Positions 50,019 to 60,539 are shown, counted from the first letter of the stretch. The stretch is DNA of 64,000 nucleotides from Kouleothrix sp. (GCF_046328425.1 NZ_JAXLWP010000032.1:23479-87478); one strand, 5' to 3'. Notes: generated by a model not told the origin, from the letters alone. Numbers and translations: made by a program.

Positions 50019-53000
50019 CTATGGCTGGCTTAGCCGCGCCACGGCGCCACGCGCCTCGCCGACCCACGCGGCGTTGCCATCCTGCTCGAGCGCCGTCTGA
50101 TACGACTGCACTGCGTCTTCGCGCAGGCCCAGCTGCTCTTCGGCCAGCCCGCGGTAGAAGTACGCGTCGGCGAAACTATTCGCGCGATACTTCACCGCCA
50201 GCACCAGCTCGTCGCGCGCCTGCTTGAACTTGCTCTGCGCCAGGTACACGCGGCCAAGCCAGTAGTGCGCCTCGGAAAAGTTCTCTTGGATCTTGAGCGC
50301 CGAGCCAAGGTCGCTCGCCGCGCTATCGAGCTGGTCGGTGCGCATATACAGCAGTGCGCGGCGGTAGTATGGCTCGGCGAGCTGGCCGCCGGCCTTGATC
50401 GAGCGGGTGTATGAGTCAAGCGCCGCGCTGTCGTTGCCAAGCTGCTCGTTCAGCTTGCCCTGCAGCAGTAGCGCCTCGGGGTAGTTCGGCTTGAGCTGCA
50501 GCGCCAGCGCCAGGTTTTCGCCGGCCAGATCGGGCCGGTTGGCGGCGATCTGCGCCTGGGCCAGCCCGAAGTAAGCCTCGGGGTAGCGGTTCTCGCGCAG
50601 CGCCAACGCCTGCACGTACTGGTCGATCGCGGCCTGCGGGTTGGAGTTCGGCGGGCGGACGAGCGCCTCGCCGATCCACAGGTGCGCCTCGGGCGATTTG
50701 GGCTTGATGCGCGCGGCGTCGTTGAAGTGCGCCAGCGCCGTCGCCCAGTTACCCTGTGCGCCCTGGGCGCGCCCCAGGCCAATGTAGGCATCGACGAGGT
50801 TAGCGTCGAGCTTCAGCGCGGCATCGTACTGCTGGGCGGCCACCGGAGAGTTGCCGCGCAGCAGCGCGATATCGCCAAGGCCCACCAGCGCCGCCGGGAA
50901 CGCACTGCGCAGCTTCAGCGCCTCGAGCTCGGCCTGCTCGGCTGCCGGGAGCAGGTTGCGCTTCAGGTTGGCCTGCGCCAGGCCATGGTACAGGTCGGCG
51001 AGCTCAACCTGCGGCTCGGCGCTATCGCCGGCCGCCAGCGCGGCGTTGGATGTCTTCATTGAGTCGATTGCGTTCTGATACGCGGTGGCGGCATCATCGT
51101 ACTCGCCATTCGCCAGCAGCACATCGCCCACGTGCTGGAGCTCGCGCGGATCGCTCGCGCCCGCTTTCAGCGCTACCTGGTACTGCTGGCCGGCTTGGAC
51201 GGGCTCGCCACGGTCGGCGTACAGCCGGCCCAGCGCCAGGCGCGCCGGCACATTGCCGGAGTCCAGGTCGATCGCGTGGCTGTATGCAGCCAGCGCGCCG
51301 TCGGGGTTCTTTTGGCGCTCGAGCAGCTGGCCATACTGGTAGGCCACCTCCGAGCTATTCGGCGCGGCCTGCTGAGCGCGCTCAAGCAGCTGGCGCGCGC
51401 CGTCGGCGTCGCCCTGCTTTTCGTACAGCGCGCTGAGGGCGATCATCGCCTCGGTGTTATTCTGGTTGGCGAGCGGCAGCAGGATCTGCTCGGCTTCGGC
51501 AGCACCGCCCGGCCCGATCTGCTGTAGCACTGCGGCCAGCGCGAGCGTGTTCTGCAGGCTTGGGCGGTTCTGCGCCAGCCAGCGGCGCTGCTCGGCGGCG
51601 GCGGCCCACTCGCGATCCTCTTCGGCCAGCACGGCCAGCCGCTGGCGCGCTGGGAAGAATGCCGGGTTGTTTGCAATTGCCTGGGCCATCTGCTGCTTGG
51701 CGCGGGCGCGATCGGATGGCAGCGTCGCGAGCGCCTGGCCATACGCCGGCTCGGGGCGCCGGGGAGCCAGCGCGGCCGCCCGGTTGAACTGCGCCAGCGC
51801 GTCGTCGTTGTTGCCGCTCAGCAGCGCGCTGTTGCCCAGCAGCACGAGCGTATCGACATCGCCGGGCTGGCTCTTGAGCAAAGTTTCAAGGATGCTGCGG
51901 CCGCGGCCCACCGGCGAGCGATCGCCGACAAGCGCCGCCCATACCGACGCCAGGCCACCAGGCTTTTGCGCGCTTTGCAGCGATCCGCGCGCCAGCTCCA
52001 CCAGCGCCTGCCAGCGCTGGCGCTCGCGCAGCTGCTCCTGGGCCTGCTGCGCCTGGTTGATGGCCACCTGCCCGCTGATCGGCTCGCCGGCGGCATCCTT
52101 GGTCGTCGAAAGCCGTGTCCACAGCTGCGCGGCCACCTGGGTGTCGTCCACTGCACGCCCAAGATCGCTACGCGCGCTTTCGAGCTCGCGCGTCGGGCGC
52201 ACATTATTGCCAAGCAGTTCCCACAGCAGCGGGCCGCGCGCCCCGGCGCTCTGGGCCAGCGCGAGCAGTGCGCGCTGGGTTTCGGCATCGGCCTGCAGGC
52301 GCGCGCTGACGCTATTGCGCATGTCGGCGGTTGTGCCGGCGGCATCGGCAGCGGCCTGGCGCTCGGCGGCGGCAATTGCCGCGCTGGCCTGCTCAAACTG
52401 CGCATTCTGGCGGTAGGCTTCGCCCAGCGCCAGCAGCAGCGCGGCGGGCGGGTTCGCGCCGCCCAGCAGATCCGGCGAGCGCGCGATCTCAAGCGCCACG
52501 ACCGCATCGGCTGTGTTGCCGCTGCTCAGCGCCTGGAGGCCAAGGTTGTAGCGCAGCACGCTCAGGTCATGGCCCTGCAGGGCCTGGATCGCCTGCTCGA
52601 ACGACGCTGCCGCGCCAGCAGTATCGCCGGCGTCGTGCTGAATCGCGCCGAGGTTGTTGTACAGAAGTGCCGACTGGGCCGCGCCGCGCTCGCTCGACAC
52701 GCCCAGCAGCGCGGCCTGGTACTCGCCGGTAGCTTGCTGAAACTCGCCGCGCGCCCACAGGATATTGCCGCGCAGCGCTCGCGGCAGCGTCGGCGCCAGC
52801 GCGGAGTAGTCGCTCATCAGCCGGCCAAGCCCGTCAAAGGCCGGGTCGAGCCGCCCGGCGTCGTAGTCGGCCAGCGCCCCGAGCAGGTCGCGCAGCACCG
52901 CCTGGCCGTTGATCGGGCTGCTCGCAAGCACATAGTCGGTTGGCATGGCGAAGCGCCCGGCGTAGCCGTCCCAGCCAAGCGCGGCCAGTGGCCCACGCGG

Positions 53001-53600
53001 CCGGTACGTCAGCACCGGCTGCAGCGTGGCGCGGTCGAGCATCCCGCCCGCCGCAATATCGCCCCACACCAGCGCATCGGCATTCTCGCGGCTCAGCAGA
53101 TCGAGCGCGGCTGCCGCGTCGGCGGGCGGGTCGGCGATCGTGCGAGCGGCCACCCGCCCGCCGGTATCGTTCGGCAGCGCCGCAGCCAGCGCAGCCGCGA
53201 CCTCGCGGCCAGTCTGCCCCACTGCGCCACCGGGCTCGTGGAACGGCGCCACCAGCACGACGAACTGACCGCCAGCTGGTGCCGCAGCAAGCCGGTACAG
53301 CTGCCACGCAGCCAGCAGCGCCAGCAGGCCCACCACGACAACCAGCACCAGCGCGCGCTGGCGGCCCAGCGCTAGCGCGCGATCGGCCAGGCTCGCGGCC
53401 GGCGCGGGCTCGGGTGGAACCGCGTACTCTTCGCCGTTGGATTGGATGATAGTGACACCGGTGTTTGCCGGGGGCTGGGGAGGGGGGAACAGGCGTCGCC
53501 GGAGGCGGTGGAACTGGCTCGCCAGCGACGTTCGAGCCACGAGGAGGACAACCAACACGATCAGAACCAGCAGCAGCGCAATCAGGTACTGGGATGGCAT
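50019..53600 (-). CDS. giant (1193-aa) TPR-repeat protein with N-terminal TM anchor
   Basis: MPSQYLIALLLVLIVLVVLLVARTSLA TM. Dozens of 34-aa TPR-like repeats (W.G.A.Y...G.Y..A...Y..AL.LDP). Confidence 0.75.
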   Translation of the reverse strand: MPSQYLIALLLVLIVLVVLLVARTSLASQFHRLRRRLFPPPQPPANTGVTIIQSNGEEYAVPPEPAPAASLADRALALGRQRALVLVVVVGLLALLAAWQLYRLAAAPAGGQFVVLVAPFHEPGGAVGQTGREVAAALAAALPNDTGGRVAARTIADPPADAAAALDLLSRENADALVWGDIAAGGMLDRATLQPVLTYRPRGPLAALGWDGYAGRFAMPTDYVLASSPINGQAVLRDLLGALADYDAGRLDPAFDGLGRLMSDYSALAPTLPRALRGNILWARGEFQQATGEYQAALLGVSSERGAAQSALLYNNLGAIQHDAGDTAGAAASFEQAIQALQGHDLSVLRYNLGLQALSSGNTADAVVALEIARSPDLLGGANPPAALLLALGEAYRQNAQFEQASAAIAAAERQAAADAAGTTADMRNSVSARLQADAETQRALLALAQSAGARGPLLWELLGNNVRPTRELESARSDLGRAVDDTQVAAQLWTRLSTTKDAAGEPISGQVAINQAQQAQEQLRERQRWQALVELARGSLQSAQKPGGLASVWAALVGDRSPVGRGRSILETLLKSQPGDVDTLVLLGNSALLSGNNDDALAQFNRAAALAPRRPEPAYGQALATLPSDRARAKQQMAQAIANNPAFFPARQRLAVLAEEDREWAAAAEQRRWLAQNRPSLQNTLALAAVLQQIGPGGAAEAEQILLPLANQNNTEAMIALSALYEKQGDADGARQLLERAQQAAPNSSEVAYQYGQLLERQKNPDGALAAYSHAIDLDSGNVPARLALGRLYADRGEPVQAGQQYQVALKAGASDPRELQHVGDVLLANGEYDDAATAYQNAIDSMKTSNAALAAGDSAEPQVELADLYHGLAQANLKRNLLPAAEQAELEALKLRSAFPAALVGLGDIALLRGNSPVAAQQYDAALKLDANLVDAYIGLGRAQGAQGNWATALAHFNDAARIKPKSPEAHLWIGEALVRPPNSNPQAAIDQYVQALALRENRYPEAYFGLAQAQIAANRPDLAGENLALALQLKPNYPEALLLQGKLNEQLGNDSAALDSYTRSIKAGGQLAEPYYRRALLYMRTDQLDSAASDLGSALKIQENFSEAHYWLGRVYLAQSKFKQARDELVLAVKYRANSFADAYFYRGLAEEQLGLREDAVQSYQTALEQDGNAAWVGEARGAVARLSQP

Positions 53601-53628
53601 AGCTCAATCCTGCTTTTCGTCAACGCGT

Positions 53629-54951
53629 TCACTCCTGGCGACGTAGCGATTGGGCAACGATCGCGAGAAAATCTTCGATTTGAAAGGGCTGGCGCACGAA
53701 CGCCGTGATCCCGTGCACCCGCGCCGCGGCTTCGTCGCGCTCGTCGGCGACAAGCGCCAGCAGCGGCACGCCCGGCATATCGGTCTGCAGCGAGGCGGCC
53801 AGCTCCCACAGCTGATCGCCCAGCTGCACATCGGCGACGATCAGATCGAGCTCGGGCACCTGCGAGAGCAGCACATTCGCCTCGAGCAGGCCAGCAGCCT
53901 CGAGCACCCGGTAGCCGCTCTGGTGCAGCGCCGGCCGCAGCGTCTTGCGCGGCTGGGCATTGCCGGCCACCAGCAGCACCACCGGCAGCTTGGTGCCGCG
54001 CCGCTCGGCCGGCACATCGGCCTCGCGCTCGCCGCGCACATCCACCGCGTACGAGCTGGCAGGCTCCTGCTTAGCAAACTGCTTCATCTCGGCCGCCACC
54101 CGGCTAAGCTCTTCATAATCGGCAAATGCCCGGTTGCGGTTGGTAGCCACGCCAATCGACAGCGTGATCAGCGGGAAGCGCCGCATGACCCCCTGGCGAT
54201 CGATACCCTGCAAGTAGCCACGAGCGAGATCGGTGGGGTCGTACAGCAGGCGCACGCGCTCGTCGAACATCCTGATGATCGCCGCGCACAGCTCATCGAG
54301 CACCGCCGGGGTCGTCAGCACCGCGAAATCGTCGCCGCCGATATGCCCAATGAAATCCGGCCCGGTGCCGTGCGCATCGACCGCCTCGGACAGCACCTCG
54401 GCCAACAGCTTGATCACCCGGTCGCCGCGCGCCGGGCCGTAGGTATCGTTGAACGCTTTGAAATTATCGAGATCGACGTACAGGTACGCAAATTGCTCGG
54501 GCTGGCTCAGCCGGTATTTCAGCTCTTCGGTCAGCAGCACATTGCCTGGCAAGCCAGTCAGCGGGTTGCGCACCGGCTGTTGCGAGGCGCGCCGCAGGTG
54601 CCCTTTGATCCGCGCGAGCAGCTCGGGAATATTGAACGGCTTGGTAATATAATCGTCCGCGCCGGTCTCAAACCCGGTCACAACATCGTCAAGGGTCGAT
54701 TTAGCTGTCAGGATCAGCATTGGCAGGTGGGCAGTGCGGGTATCGTTGCGCAGCTGCCGGATGGCCTCGTAACCGTCAAGCTGGGGCATCATCAGATCGA
54801 CCAACACCAGATCGGGGACGCGTTCCTGGGCCATACGCACCAGCTGAGCGCCATTCGCCGCCAATGCAACCTCATACCCCTGACCGGTCAACACCAGCTC
54901 GAGCAACTGCCGAACGGTCAACTCGTCGTCCGCTATCAGAATGCGTGTCAT
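53629..54951 (-). CDS. response regulator REC - GGDEF (diguanylate-cyclase domain with GGDDF variant) - C-terminal degenerate REC
   Basis: MTRILIADDELTVRQLL ... DLVLVDLMMPQLDG ... TAKST is the REC domain. RNPLTGLPGN ... YLYVDLDNFKAFNDTYGPARGD ... HIGGDDFAVL is the GGDEF fold with GGDDF in place of GG(D/E)EF. The second REC-like block is KLPVVLLVAGNAQ ... DLIVADVQL. Confidence 0.8.
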   Translation of the reverse strand: MTRILIADDELTVRQLLELVLTGQGYEVALAANGAQLVRMAQERVPDLVLVDLMMPQLDGYEAIRQLRNDTRTAHLPMLILTAKSTLDDVVTGFETGADDYITKPFNIPELLARIKGHLRRASQQPVRNPLTGLPGNVLLTEELKYRLSQPEQFAYLYVDLDNFKAFNDTYGPARGDRVIKLLAEVLSEAVDAHGTGPDFIGHIGGDDFAVLTTPAVLDELCAAIIRMFDERVRLLYDPTDLARGYLQGIDRQGVMRRFPLITLSIGVATNRNRAFADYEELSRVAAEMKQFAKQEPASSYAVDVRGEREADVPAERRGTKLPVVLLVAGNAQPRKTLRPALHQSGYRVLEAAGLLEANVLLSQVPELDLIVADVQLGDQLWELAASLQTDMPGVPLLALVADERDEAAARVHGITAFVRQPFQIEDFLAIVAQSLRRQE

Positions 54952-55065
54952 AGAGTTAAAAGTTTTGAGCTTTGAGTCTTGAGTTTTGAGTTGTAATGGA
55001 AGCGTTGTAATTCAAAACTCATCGCTTGTAACTCATAACTTCTGCATAAGCCTGTACAAGCCTAG
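54952..55065. promoter_or_regulatory. AT-rich island (about 35% GC) with four TTGAG direct repeats upstream of the REC-GGDEF gene
   Basis: agttaaaagttTTGAGctTTGAGtcTTGAGttTTGAGttgtaatggaagcgttgtaattcaaaactcat contrasts with the ~70% GC surroundings. Confidence 0.5.
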
Positions 55066-56010
55066 CTAGATGACCAGCTGGGCATAGAGGCTTTCCAGGC
55101 TGAGATCCTGGCGTACAGTGTCGGCCGAGTCGATCGTCAGTGTCGCGGCGCTGACACCCAGGCGCACAGCATCATCGACAGGGATATCGTTCAGCAGGGC
55201 ATACACCACCGCCGCAGTCAGCGCATCGCCTGCGCCGGTCGGGTCGACGGCCTCGACTTTCAGGGCTGGCACATAGCCGCTGGAGTCGGCGGTGGCATAC
55301 ACCAGGCCATCGAGCCCAAGCGTAATAATGGCGATCTCAACCCCTTGCGCGATCAGCTGCTTGGCAGCCAGCGCGCCTTGCTGGGGGGTTGAAACCGGCA
55401 GGCCAGTCAGCGCTTGCGCCTCGACGGCGTTGGGCACGGCCAGGTAGAACGCGCCAATCAGCTCGCGGTAGCGCACCGCCAGGCCATACGCCACCGGGTC
55501 GAGCGCAACTGGCACGCCAGCGGCGCCGCAGATCGCCAGCAGCGCCTCGGCCGCCGGCAGCGGCACATTCGCGTCGATCACGACCATGCGCGCCTGCGCC
55601 AGCAGCTCGGCGTGATCGTGAATGTAGCCGGGCGTCAGCGCCGCCACCGCTGCGGTATCGTCGATGCCCACCACCAGCGCGCCGCCAGCGCCGAGCAGCG
55701 CCATATACGCCGCGGAGTGCTGCTCGCAGCTCATCAGCATGTGGTCGGTATTCACACCGGCCCGCTCGGTTTGCTGCACGATGATATGCCCGAAATCGTC
55801 CTGGCACACCACGCTCAGCAGCGCGGTTGGCATACCTAGGCGCGCCAGGTTCTCGGCCACGTTGCGCGCGCACCCGCCCACGCTGATGCGTACATCGCCG
55901 GGGTTCGAGGTGCCGGCCACCACATCCCCGGCGATGCGGCCCTTGATATCGAGACACGCCGCGCCCACCACCACCACGTCGGCCACCTCGGTTGTGTTTG
56001 GCTGTGCCAT
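55066..56010 (-). CDS. PfkB-family carbohydrate/nucleoside kinase (ribokinase-like)
   Basis: VVVVGAACLDIKG ... GGCARNVAENLARLG (GG motif) ... DPTGAGDALTAAVVYAL (DTxGAGD anion-hole motif). Confidence 0.8.
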   Translation of the reverse strand: MAQPNTTEVADVVVVGAACLDIKGRIAGDVVAGTSNPGDVRISVGGCARNVAENLARLGMPTALLSVVCQDDFGHIIVQQTERAGVNTDHMLMSCEQHSAAYMALLGAGGALVVGIDDTAAVAALTPGYIHDHAELLAQARMVVIDANVPLPAAEALLAICGAAGVPVALDPVAYGLAVRYRELIGAFYLAVPNAVEAQALTGLPVSTPQQGALAAKQLIAQGVEIAIITLGLDGLVYATADSSGYVPALKVEAVDPTGAGDALTAAVVYALLNDIPVDDAVRLGVSAATLTIDSADTVRQDLSLESLYAQLVI

Positions 56011-56035
56011 GGGCGTTCAGCGCCGCAGCGCCGCT

Positions 56036-57166
56036 CTAGGAGCGAAGCACACCGTTATCGATATAGGCGTCGGCCGCAGCGTGGATGGCGTCGACCACGA
56101 TGTCGCGCAGCGCCTCGGGCGAAAGCTCCACCCCAGTCTCGCGCAGCGCCTTCACCATCTCGGCCACGCGCACCGCCTCGGCCTCGGCCTGGGCCGTGCC
56201 GGTGAGGCGAATACGCGTCGCTTCGCGCTCGGCCTTGATCTTTTCGAGCAGCGTCTCGTCTTCGCGAACATTGGCCTTGTTGATGCCCTTGGCGATATCG
56301 GGGTTGAAGTCGATTCGCTCGAAGTCGACGGCCAGCAGCTCGATGCCCCAGCGGCGCACCGCCCCGCTCAGACGCTCGCGCACCATGTCGGCCAAGGCCT
56401 CGCGGTTATTGTAGATCTCGATCACATTCTGGGCGGTGACATTATTGAAGATCACCGCGCGCACAACATCCTCGGCCTCGGCTTGCATCTGGCGGTCGAT
56501 CAGCTTCTCCCAGTACACCACCTCCTGGCGGGCCTCGCCGAGCGGCTTCTTCAGCTCGTCGGCGACCTTGGCCTCGGCCTGGCTGCGGTTGGGGATGCCG
56601 CTGAGCACCTTGCGGCCCTCTTTATCGCGCACGCGGTACTCAAGGTGCACCTTGATCATGTCGACATTATGGCGCGCGCGGGTGTTGATCTTGTCGATCT
56701 GCACATCGCTGTTCAGCTCATACAGCGGCAGCTCGGCCAGCTTCACCTCGACGCCCGGCGCCAGCGGCGGCGCAATTGGGCCGTCGGCCTCGCGCACCGC
56801 GCCGGTGTAGCGGTTGGCGATCAGGATCGCCCGCTCGCGCGGCACCGTGAGCATGTTGCGCTGCGTCCACGAGAACATGGCCAGCAGCGCCAGCAGCCAC
56901 ACCACCGGCCCCAGCACCGTGCCGAAGGTGCCAAACAGCGCGCGCCCCAGCAGCGTGGCGGCCACCAGCGACATCAGCGCGGCAAACCCGGCCATCACGC
57001 CGATCTCGCGCCAGCTGCGGCTCTGGGCGACGATCAGGCTCACCAGCATGATCAGCACCGACAAAAACAGCACCAGGTTATTGGTGGGGATCAGGAGATA
57101 GATCACGACCAGCGAAACGAACAGAAGACCCAGAACGGCAGAGGTTGCGACGTTTTTGATAGCCAT
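56036..57166 (-). CDS. SPFH/Band-7 domain membrane protein
   Basis: Three N-terminal TM helices, then an SPFH-like core (RERAILIANRYTGAVRE ... VKLAELPLYELNSDVQIDKINT) and a coiled-coil Ala/Glu-rich tail (EKIKAEREATRIRLTGTAQAEAEAVRVAE). Confidence 0.65.
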   Translation of the reverse strand: MAIKNVATSAVLGLLFVSLVVIYLLIPTNNLVLFLSVLIMLVSLIVAQSRSWREIGVMAGFAALMSLVAATLLGRALFGTFGTVLGPVVWLLALLAMFSWTQRNMLTVPRERAILIANRYTGAVREADGPIAPPLAPGVEVKLAELPLYELNSDVQIDKINTRARHNVDMIKVHLEYRVRDKEGRKVLSGIPNRSQAEAKVADELKKPLGEARQEVVYWEKLIDRQMQAEAEDVVRAVIFNNVTAQNVIEIYNNREALADMVRERLSGAVRRWGIELLAVDFERIDFNPDIAKGINKANVREDETLLEKIKAEREATRIRLTGTAQAEAEAVRVAEMVKALRETGVELSPEALRDIVVDAIHAAADAYIDNGVLRS

Positions 57167-57537
57167 TCAGACCTCCCTTAATATGCTTGTGATTGGTATG
57201 GAGCAGCAACTGACAACGAAGCGCGCCGCCAGGCACGAGCCCGGCGCCGCAAGAGCGCATACGCCGATATTGCAGATTCTGCGCCACGGCCGGCATTGCT
57301 TGCAGGCTAGTGCGGCGCAGCGAAGCGCGACGGCGTTATCTCTTCACGGGAATTTGGTTGCTCGCAGGCCGATACCGACGCCTGAGGTGGTTGCAGCGCG
57401 CCCCCATCGCCGCGCAAGAACGCTATACTATTTACCGACGGAACGACGCATCAGATTGCGCTATGCCGCGCCGCGTTGTTGCATTATACTACAGCCCGAG
57501 CGGCGGATGCAATAGCGCCTTGAAAGGGTTTGATCGT

Positions 57538-58473
57538 ATGCGAGTGATTTTTCTGGGCACCCCCGAGTATGCGGCCATCCCACTACGCGCGCTCGCAAGC
57601 GACCCGCGCTACCAGCTGGTAGGTGTGGTGACGCAGCCCGACCGGCCGAGCGGGCGCGGCCGCGCGCCCGAGCCGCCGCCTGTCAAGCGGGCCGCCGCCG
57701 AGCTGGGCGTCCCGGTGATCCAGCCCGAGACGCTCCGCGACCCAGCCGCCGCCGAGCAGATCGCCGCCTGGCGGCCCGACGCCGGCGTCGTGGCGGCCTA
57801 CGGCGAGATCCTGCGCAAACACGTCCTGAGCCTCCCGCCGCTGGGCTACCTCAACATCCATCCCTCGCTGCTGCCGCGCTACCGCGGCCCAACGCCAGTG
57901 CACGCCGCCATCCTCAACGGCGACGCCGAGACTGGCGTCACAGTGATGCTGCTCGACGCGAAGATGGACAGCGGGCCGATCCTGGCGCAGCAGCGCGTGC
58001 CGCTGCCGCCCGACGCGCGCAACCTGCCGCTTACGCACCAGCTGTTCGAGCTTGGCTCGCAGCTGCTGCTGGGCGCGCTGGCGGGCTTCGCCGCAGGCAG
58101 CCTGGCGCCTGCGCCGCAAGACGACGCGCAGGCCAGCTACTGCAAAATGCTGCAAAAGAGCGACGGCGCGATCGACTGGAGCGCGCCGGCCGAGCAGATC
58201 GAGCGCATGACCCGGGCCTACGACCCATGGCCTGGCGCGCAGACCAACTGGGGCGGGCAGCCGTTCAAGGTCATCGCGGCGCGCGCCGAGCCAGGCTGGC
58301 GCGGGGCCGAGCCGCCCGGCACGCTGCTGGCGCGGGCGGGCGCGGCGATGGTGGCCTGCGGCGCGGGCGCGCTCGAGCTGTTGATTGTGCAGCCGGCCGG
58401 CAAGCGCCCGCTTGATGCGCAGGCGTGGCGCAATGGCCTGCGCGGCGCCGCGCCCGCGCGCTTCGGCGAATAG
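57538..58473 (+). CDS. fmt: methionyl-tRNA formyltransferase
   Basis: MRVIFLGTPEYAAIPLRAL ... YLNIHPSLLPRYRGPTPVHAAILNGDAETGVTVM (SLLP/HxSLLPxxRG formyltransferase motif) and C-terminal Fmt-specific domain. Confidence 0.9.
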   Translation: MRVIFLGTPEYAAIPLRALASDPRYQLVGVVTQPDRPSGRGRAPEPPPVKRAAAELGVPVIQPETLRDPAAAEQIAAWRPDAGVVAAYGEILRKHVLSLPPLGYLNIHPSLLPRYRGPTPVHAAILNGDAETGVTVMLLDAKMDSGPILAQQRVPLPPDARNLPLTHQLFELGSQLLLGALAGFAAGSLAPAPQDDAQASYCKMLQKSDGAIDWSAPAEQIERMTRAYDPWPGAQTNWGGQPFKVIAARAEPGWRGAEPPGTLLARAGAAMVACGAGALELLIVQPAGKRPLDAQAWRNGLRGAAPARFGE

Positions 58474-58648
58474 CCGGCTCACCATCCATTCATCCAAAAC
58501 ACCATGCCCGATGGTATACTACTAAAGCTACTGTGCGCGGTTTTTCCGTGCGGCGCGCGGAAAAACCGCGCCATCAAAGATTAGGCGCAGTTTGGCGCCT
58601 TACCCCGTTCGAGCAGACCAAGGAGCAGGCAACCACCTGATACATACT

Positions 58649-59920
58649 ATGCGCCAATTGGTATCGAACATCGTGCGAATTCAGCTGCCGATCTGGCTGG
58701 TAGTGCCAATGCTGGCGCTCACGCTGGCGATCGGCCTAGGCGGCGGCTACTTCGCCGGCGAGTGGCTGCGCGGCCCGACCACCTGCCCCGAGTCGCCCGA
58801 GATCTGCACCAGCTTCGAGAACTTCTGGAAGAGCTGGAACCTCGCGCGCGACGAGTATGTCGACCCAAGCGCCGCAGTGCCGAGCAAAATGATCGACGGC
58901 GCGATCGAGGGCATGCTCGACTCGCTCGGCGACAGCGGGCACACACGCTATCTTTCGCCCGAGGCGGCCCAATCCGAGCGCGCCGAGCTTTCGGGCAAGT
59001 TCGAAGGCATTGGCGCATACATCGATGTGAAAGACGGCCAGCCGCTGATCGTGCAGCCGATGGAAGGCTCGCCGGCCGAAAAAGCCGGGCTGCGGCCCAA
59101 CGACACCATCCTGAAAGTCGACGGCCAGGAAGTCCACGGCATCACCGTCTCCGAGCTGCGCAGCCGCGTGCGTGGCCCCAAGGGCACCAGTGTCACGCTG
59201 ACGATCCAGCATACCGGCGAAACTCAGCCGGTTGATATCACCATCACCCGCGCCGAGATCGTTTCGCCCAGCGTGAGCTGGCGCATGCTGGCCGACAAGG
59301 TCGCGATGATTCGCCTGACCCAATTCGCCGACCGCTCGAGCGACGAGATCAAGCAGGCCCTGACCGACGCGCAGGCGCAGGGCGCCACGGCGATTTTGCT
59401 GGATCTGCGCAACAACCCCGGCGGCTACGTGAACGAGCTGGTTGGCGTGGCCAGCCAGTTCCTGCCGGCCGACACCACGGTGCTGATCGAGCAGAACCGC
59501 GCGGGCGAGCAGACGCCCTACAAAACCAGCGCCGGCGGCCTGGCCACCAGCCTGCCGCTGGTGGTGCTGGTGAACAACAACAGCGCCAGCTCGGCCGAGA
59601 TCCTGGCCGGCGCGCTGAAGGATGCGGGCCGCGCGCGGCTGATTGGCGAGCCGACTTTCGGCACCGCCACGGTGCTGCGCACATACAACCTTAACGACGG
59701 CGCGCAAGTGCGCATCGGCACGACGCAGTGGCTCACGCCCAAGGGCCAGGTGGTGCGCGGCAAGGGCATCGCGCCCGACGAGCTAGTGGCGCTAGCACCC
59801 GAGGCCACGCCGCTGACGCCGGCCAACGCCGCCAACCTCGACGCCCAGGCGCTGCTGCACAGCGACGACACTCAGCTTGCGCGTGGCCTCATGGTGCTGA
59901 AAGGGCTGGCGGGCCAATAG
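58649..59920 (+). CDS. carboxyl-terminal processing protease (S41, PDZ-containing)
   Basis: N-terminal TM. PDZ (GIGAYIDVKDGQPLIVQPMEGSPAEKAGLRPNDTILKVDGQ). S41 catalytic region (ILLDLRNNPGGYVNE ... SASSAEILAGALKD). Confidence 0.8.
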   Translation: MRQLVSNIVRIQLPIWLVVPMLALTLAIGLGGGYFAGEWLRGPTTCPESPEICTSFENFWKSWNLARDEYVDPSAAVPSKMIDGAIEGMLDSLGDSGHTRYLSPEAAQSERAELSGKFEGIGAYIDVKDGQPLIVQPMEGSPAEKAGLRPNDTILKVDGQEVHGITVSELRSRVRGPKGTSVTLTIQHTGETQPVDITITRAEIVSPSVSWRMLADKVAMIRLTQFADRSSDEIKQALTDAQAQGATAILLDLRNNPGGYVNELVGVASQFLPADTTVLIEQNRAGEQTPYKTSAGGLATSLPLVVLVNNNSASSAEILAGALKDAGRARLIGEPTFGTATVLRTYNLNDGAQVRIGTTQWLTPKGQVVRGKGIAPDELVALAPEATPLTPANAANLDAQALLHSDDTQLARGLMVLKGLAGQ

Positions 59921-59957
59921 CGAGCATGGTATACTTTTCATAGATCTCGCTATCGTC

Positions 59958-60527
59958 TTGCACCTGCCGGAGGCCGCCATGCCTGGTGTCGAACTGCAAT
60001 CGAACAACGACGCGCTTGTGCCCGATCTCGACGCGATCAGCCAGGATCCGGCGTTTGTTGAGTTTGCCAGCCAGGCGTTGGGCGGCTCGGAGATCGCCGA
60101 TGGGCTCGCGCCCGACCAGCTGGCGCGCCTGGCGGCGATCGGCCGGATGCGCGCATTTGCTGCCGGCGAGATCGTGTGCGACGAGCACGAGCACAGCGAC
60201 GAGCTGTATGTCGTGGGCGGCGGCGCGGTGGAGGTATGGCTCGACCCGGCCTCGATCGGCGATACTGTGAGCACGCCGCGCCGGATCGCGACGCTCCAGA
60301 TCGGCCAGGCTTGCGGCGAGCTGGCGCTGATCGACGGGGGCGTGCGCTCGGCCGAGCTGCGCGCCGGCCCGCACGGCGCGCGCCTCATGGCCTTCGGGCG
60401 GCAGCAGCTGCTGGCGCTGTGCGACGCCGACACCGCGATCGGCTACCGAATCATGCGCAACCTCGCCGGCGCGCTGGCGCTGCGGCTGCGCCTGCAGGAT
60501 ATGCGGCTCTACTCGAGCGAGCTGTAG
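59958..60527 (+). CDS. cyclic-nucleotide-binding (cNMP_binding) domain protein without DNA-binding domain
   Basis: FAAGEIVCDEHEHSDELYVVGGGAVEVWL ... GQACGELALIDGGVRSAELRA is the phosphate-binding cassette G-E-L-A-L..G..R-S-A. The start could be 59979. Confidence 0.7.
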   Translation: MHLPEAAMPGVELQSNNDALVPDLDAISQDPAFVEFASQALGGSEIADGLAPDQLARLAAIGRMRAFAAGEIVCDEHEHSDELYVVGGGAVEVWLDPASIGDTVSTPRRIATLQIGQACGELALIDGGVRSAELRAGPHGARLMAFGRQQLLALCDADTAIGYRIMRNLAGALALRLRLQDMRLYSSEL

Positions 60528-60539
60528 CGCCCAACCAAT

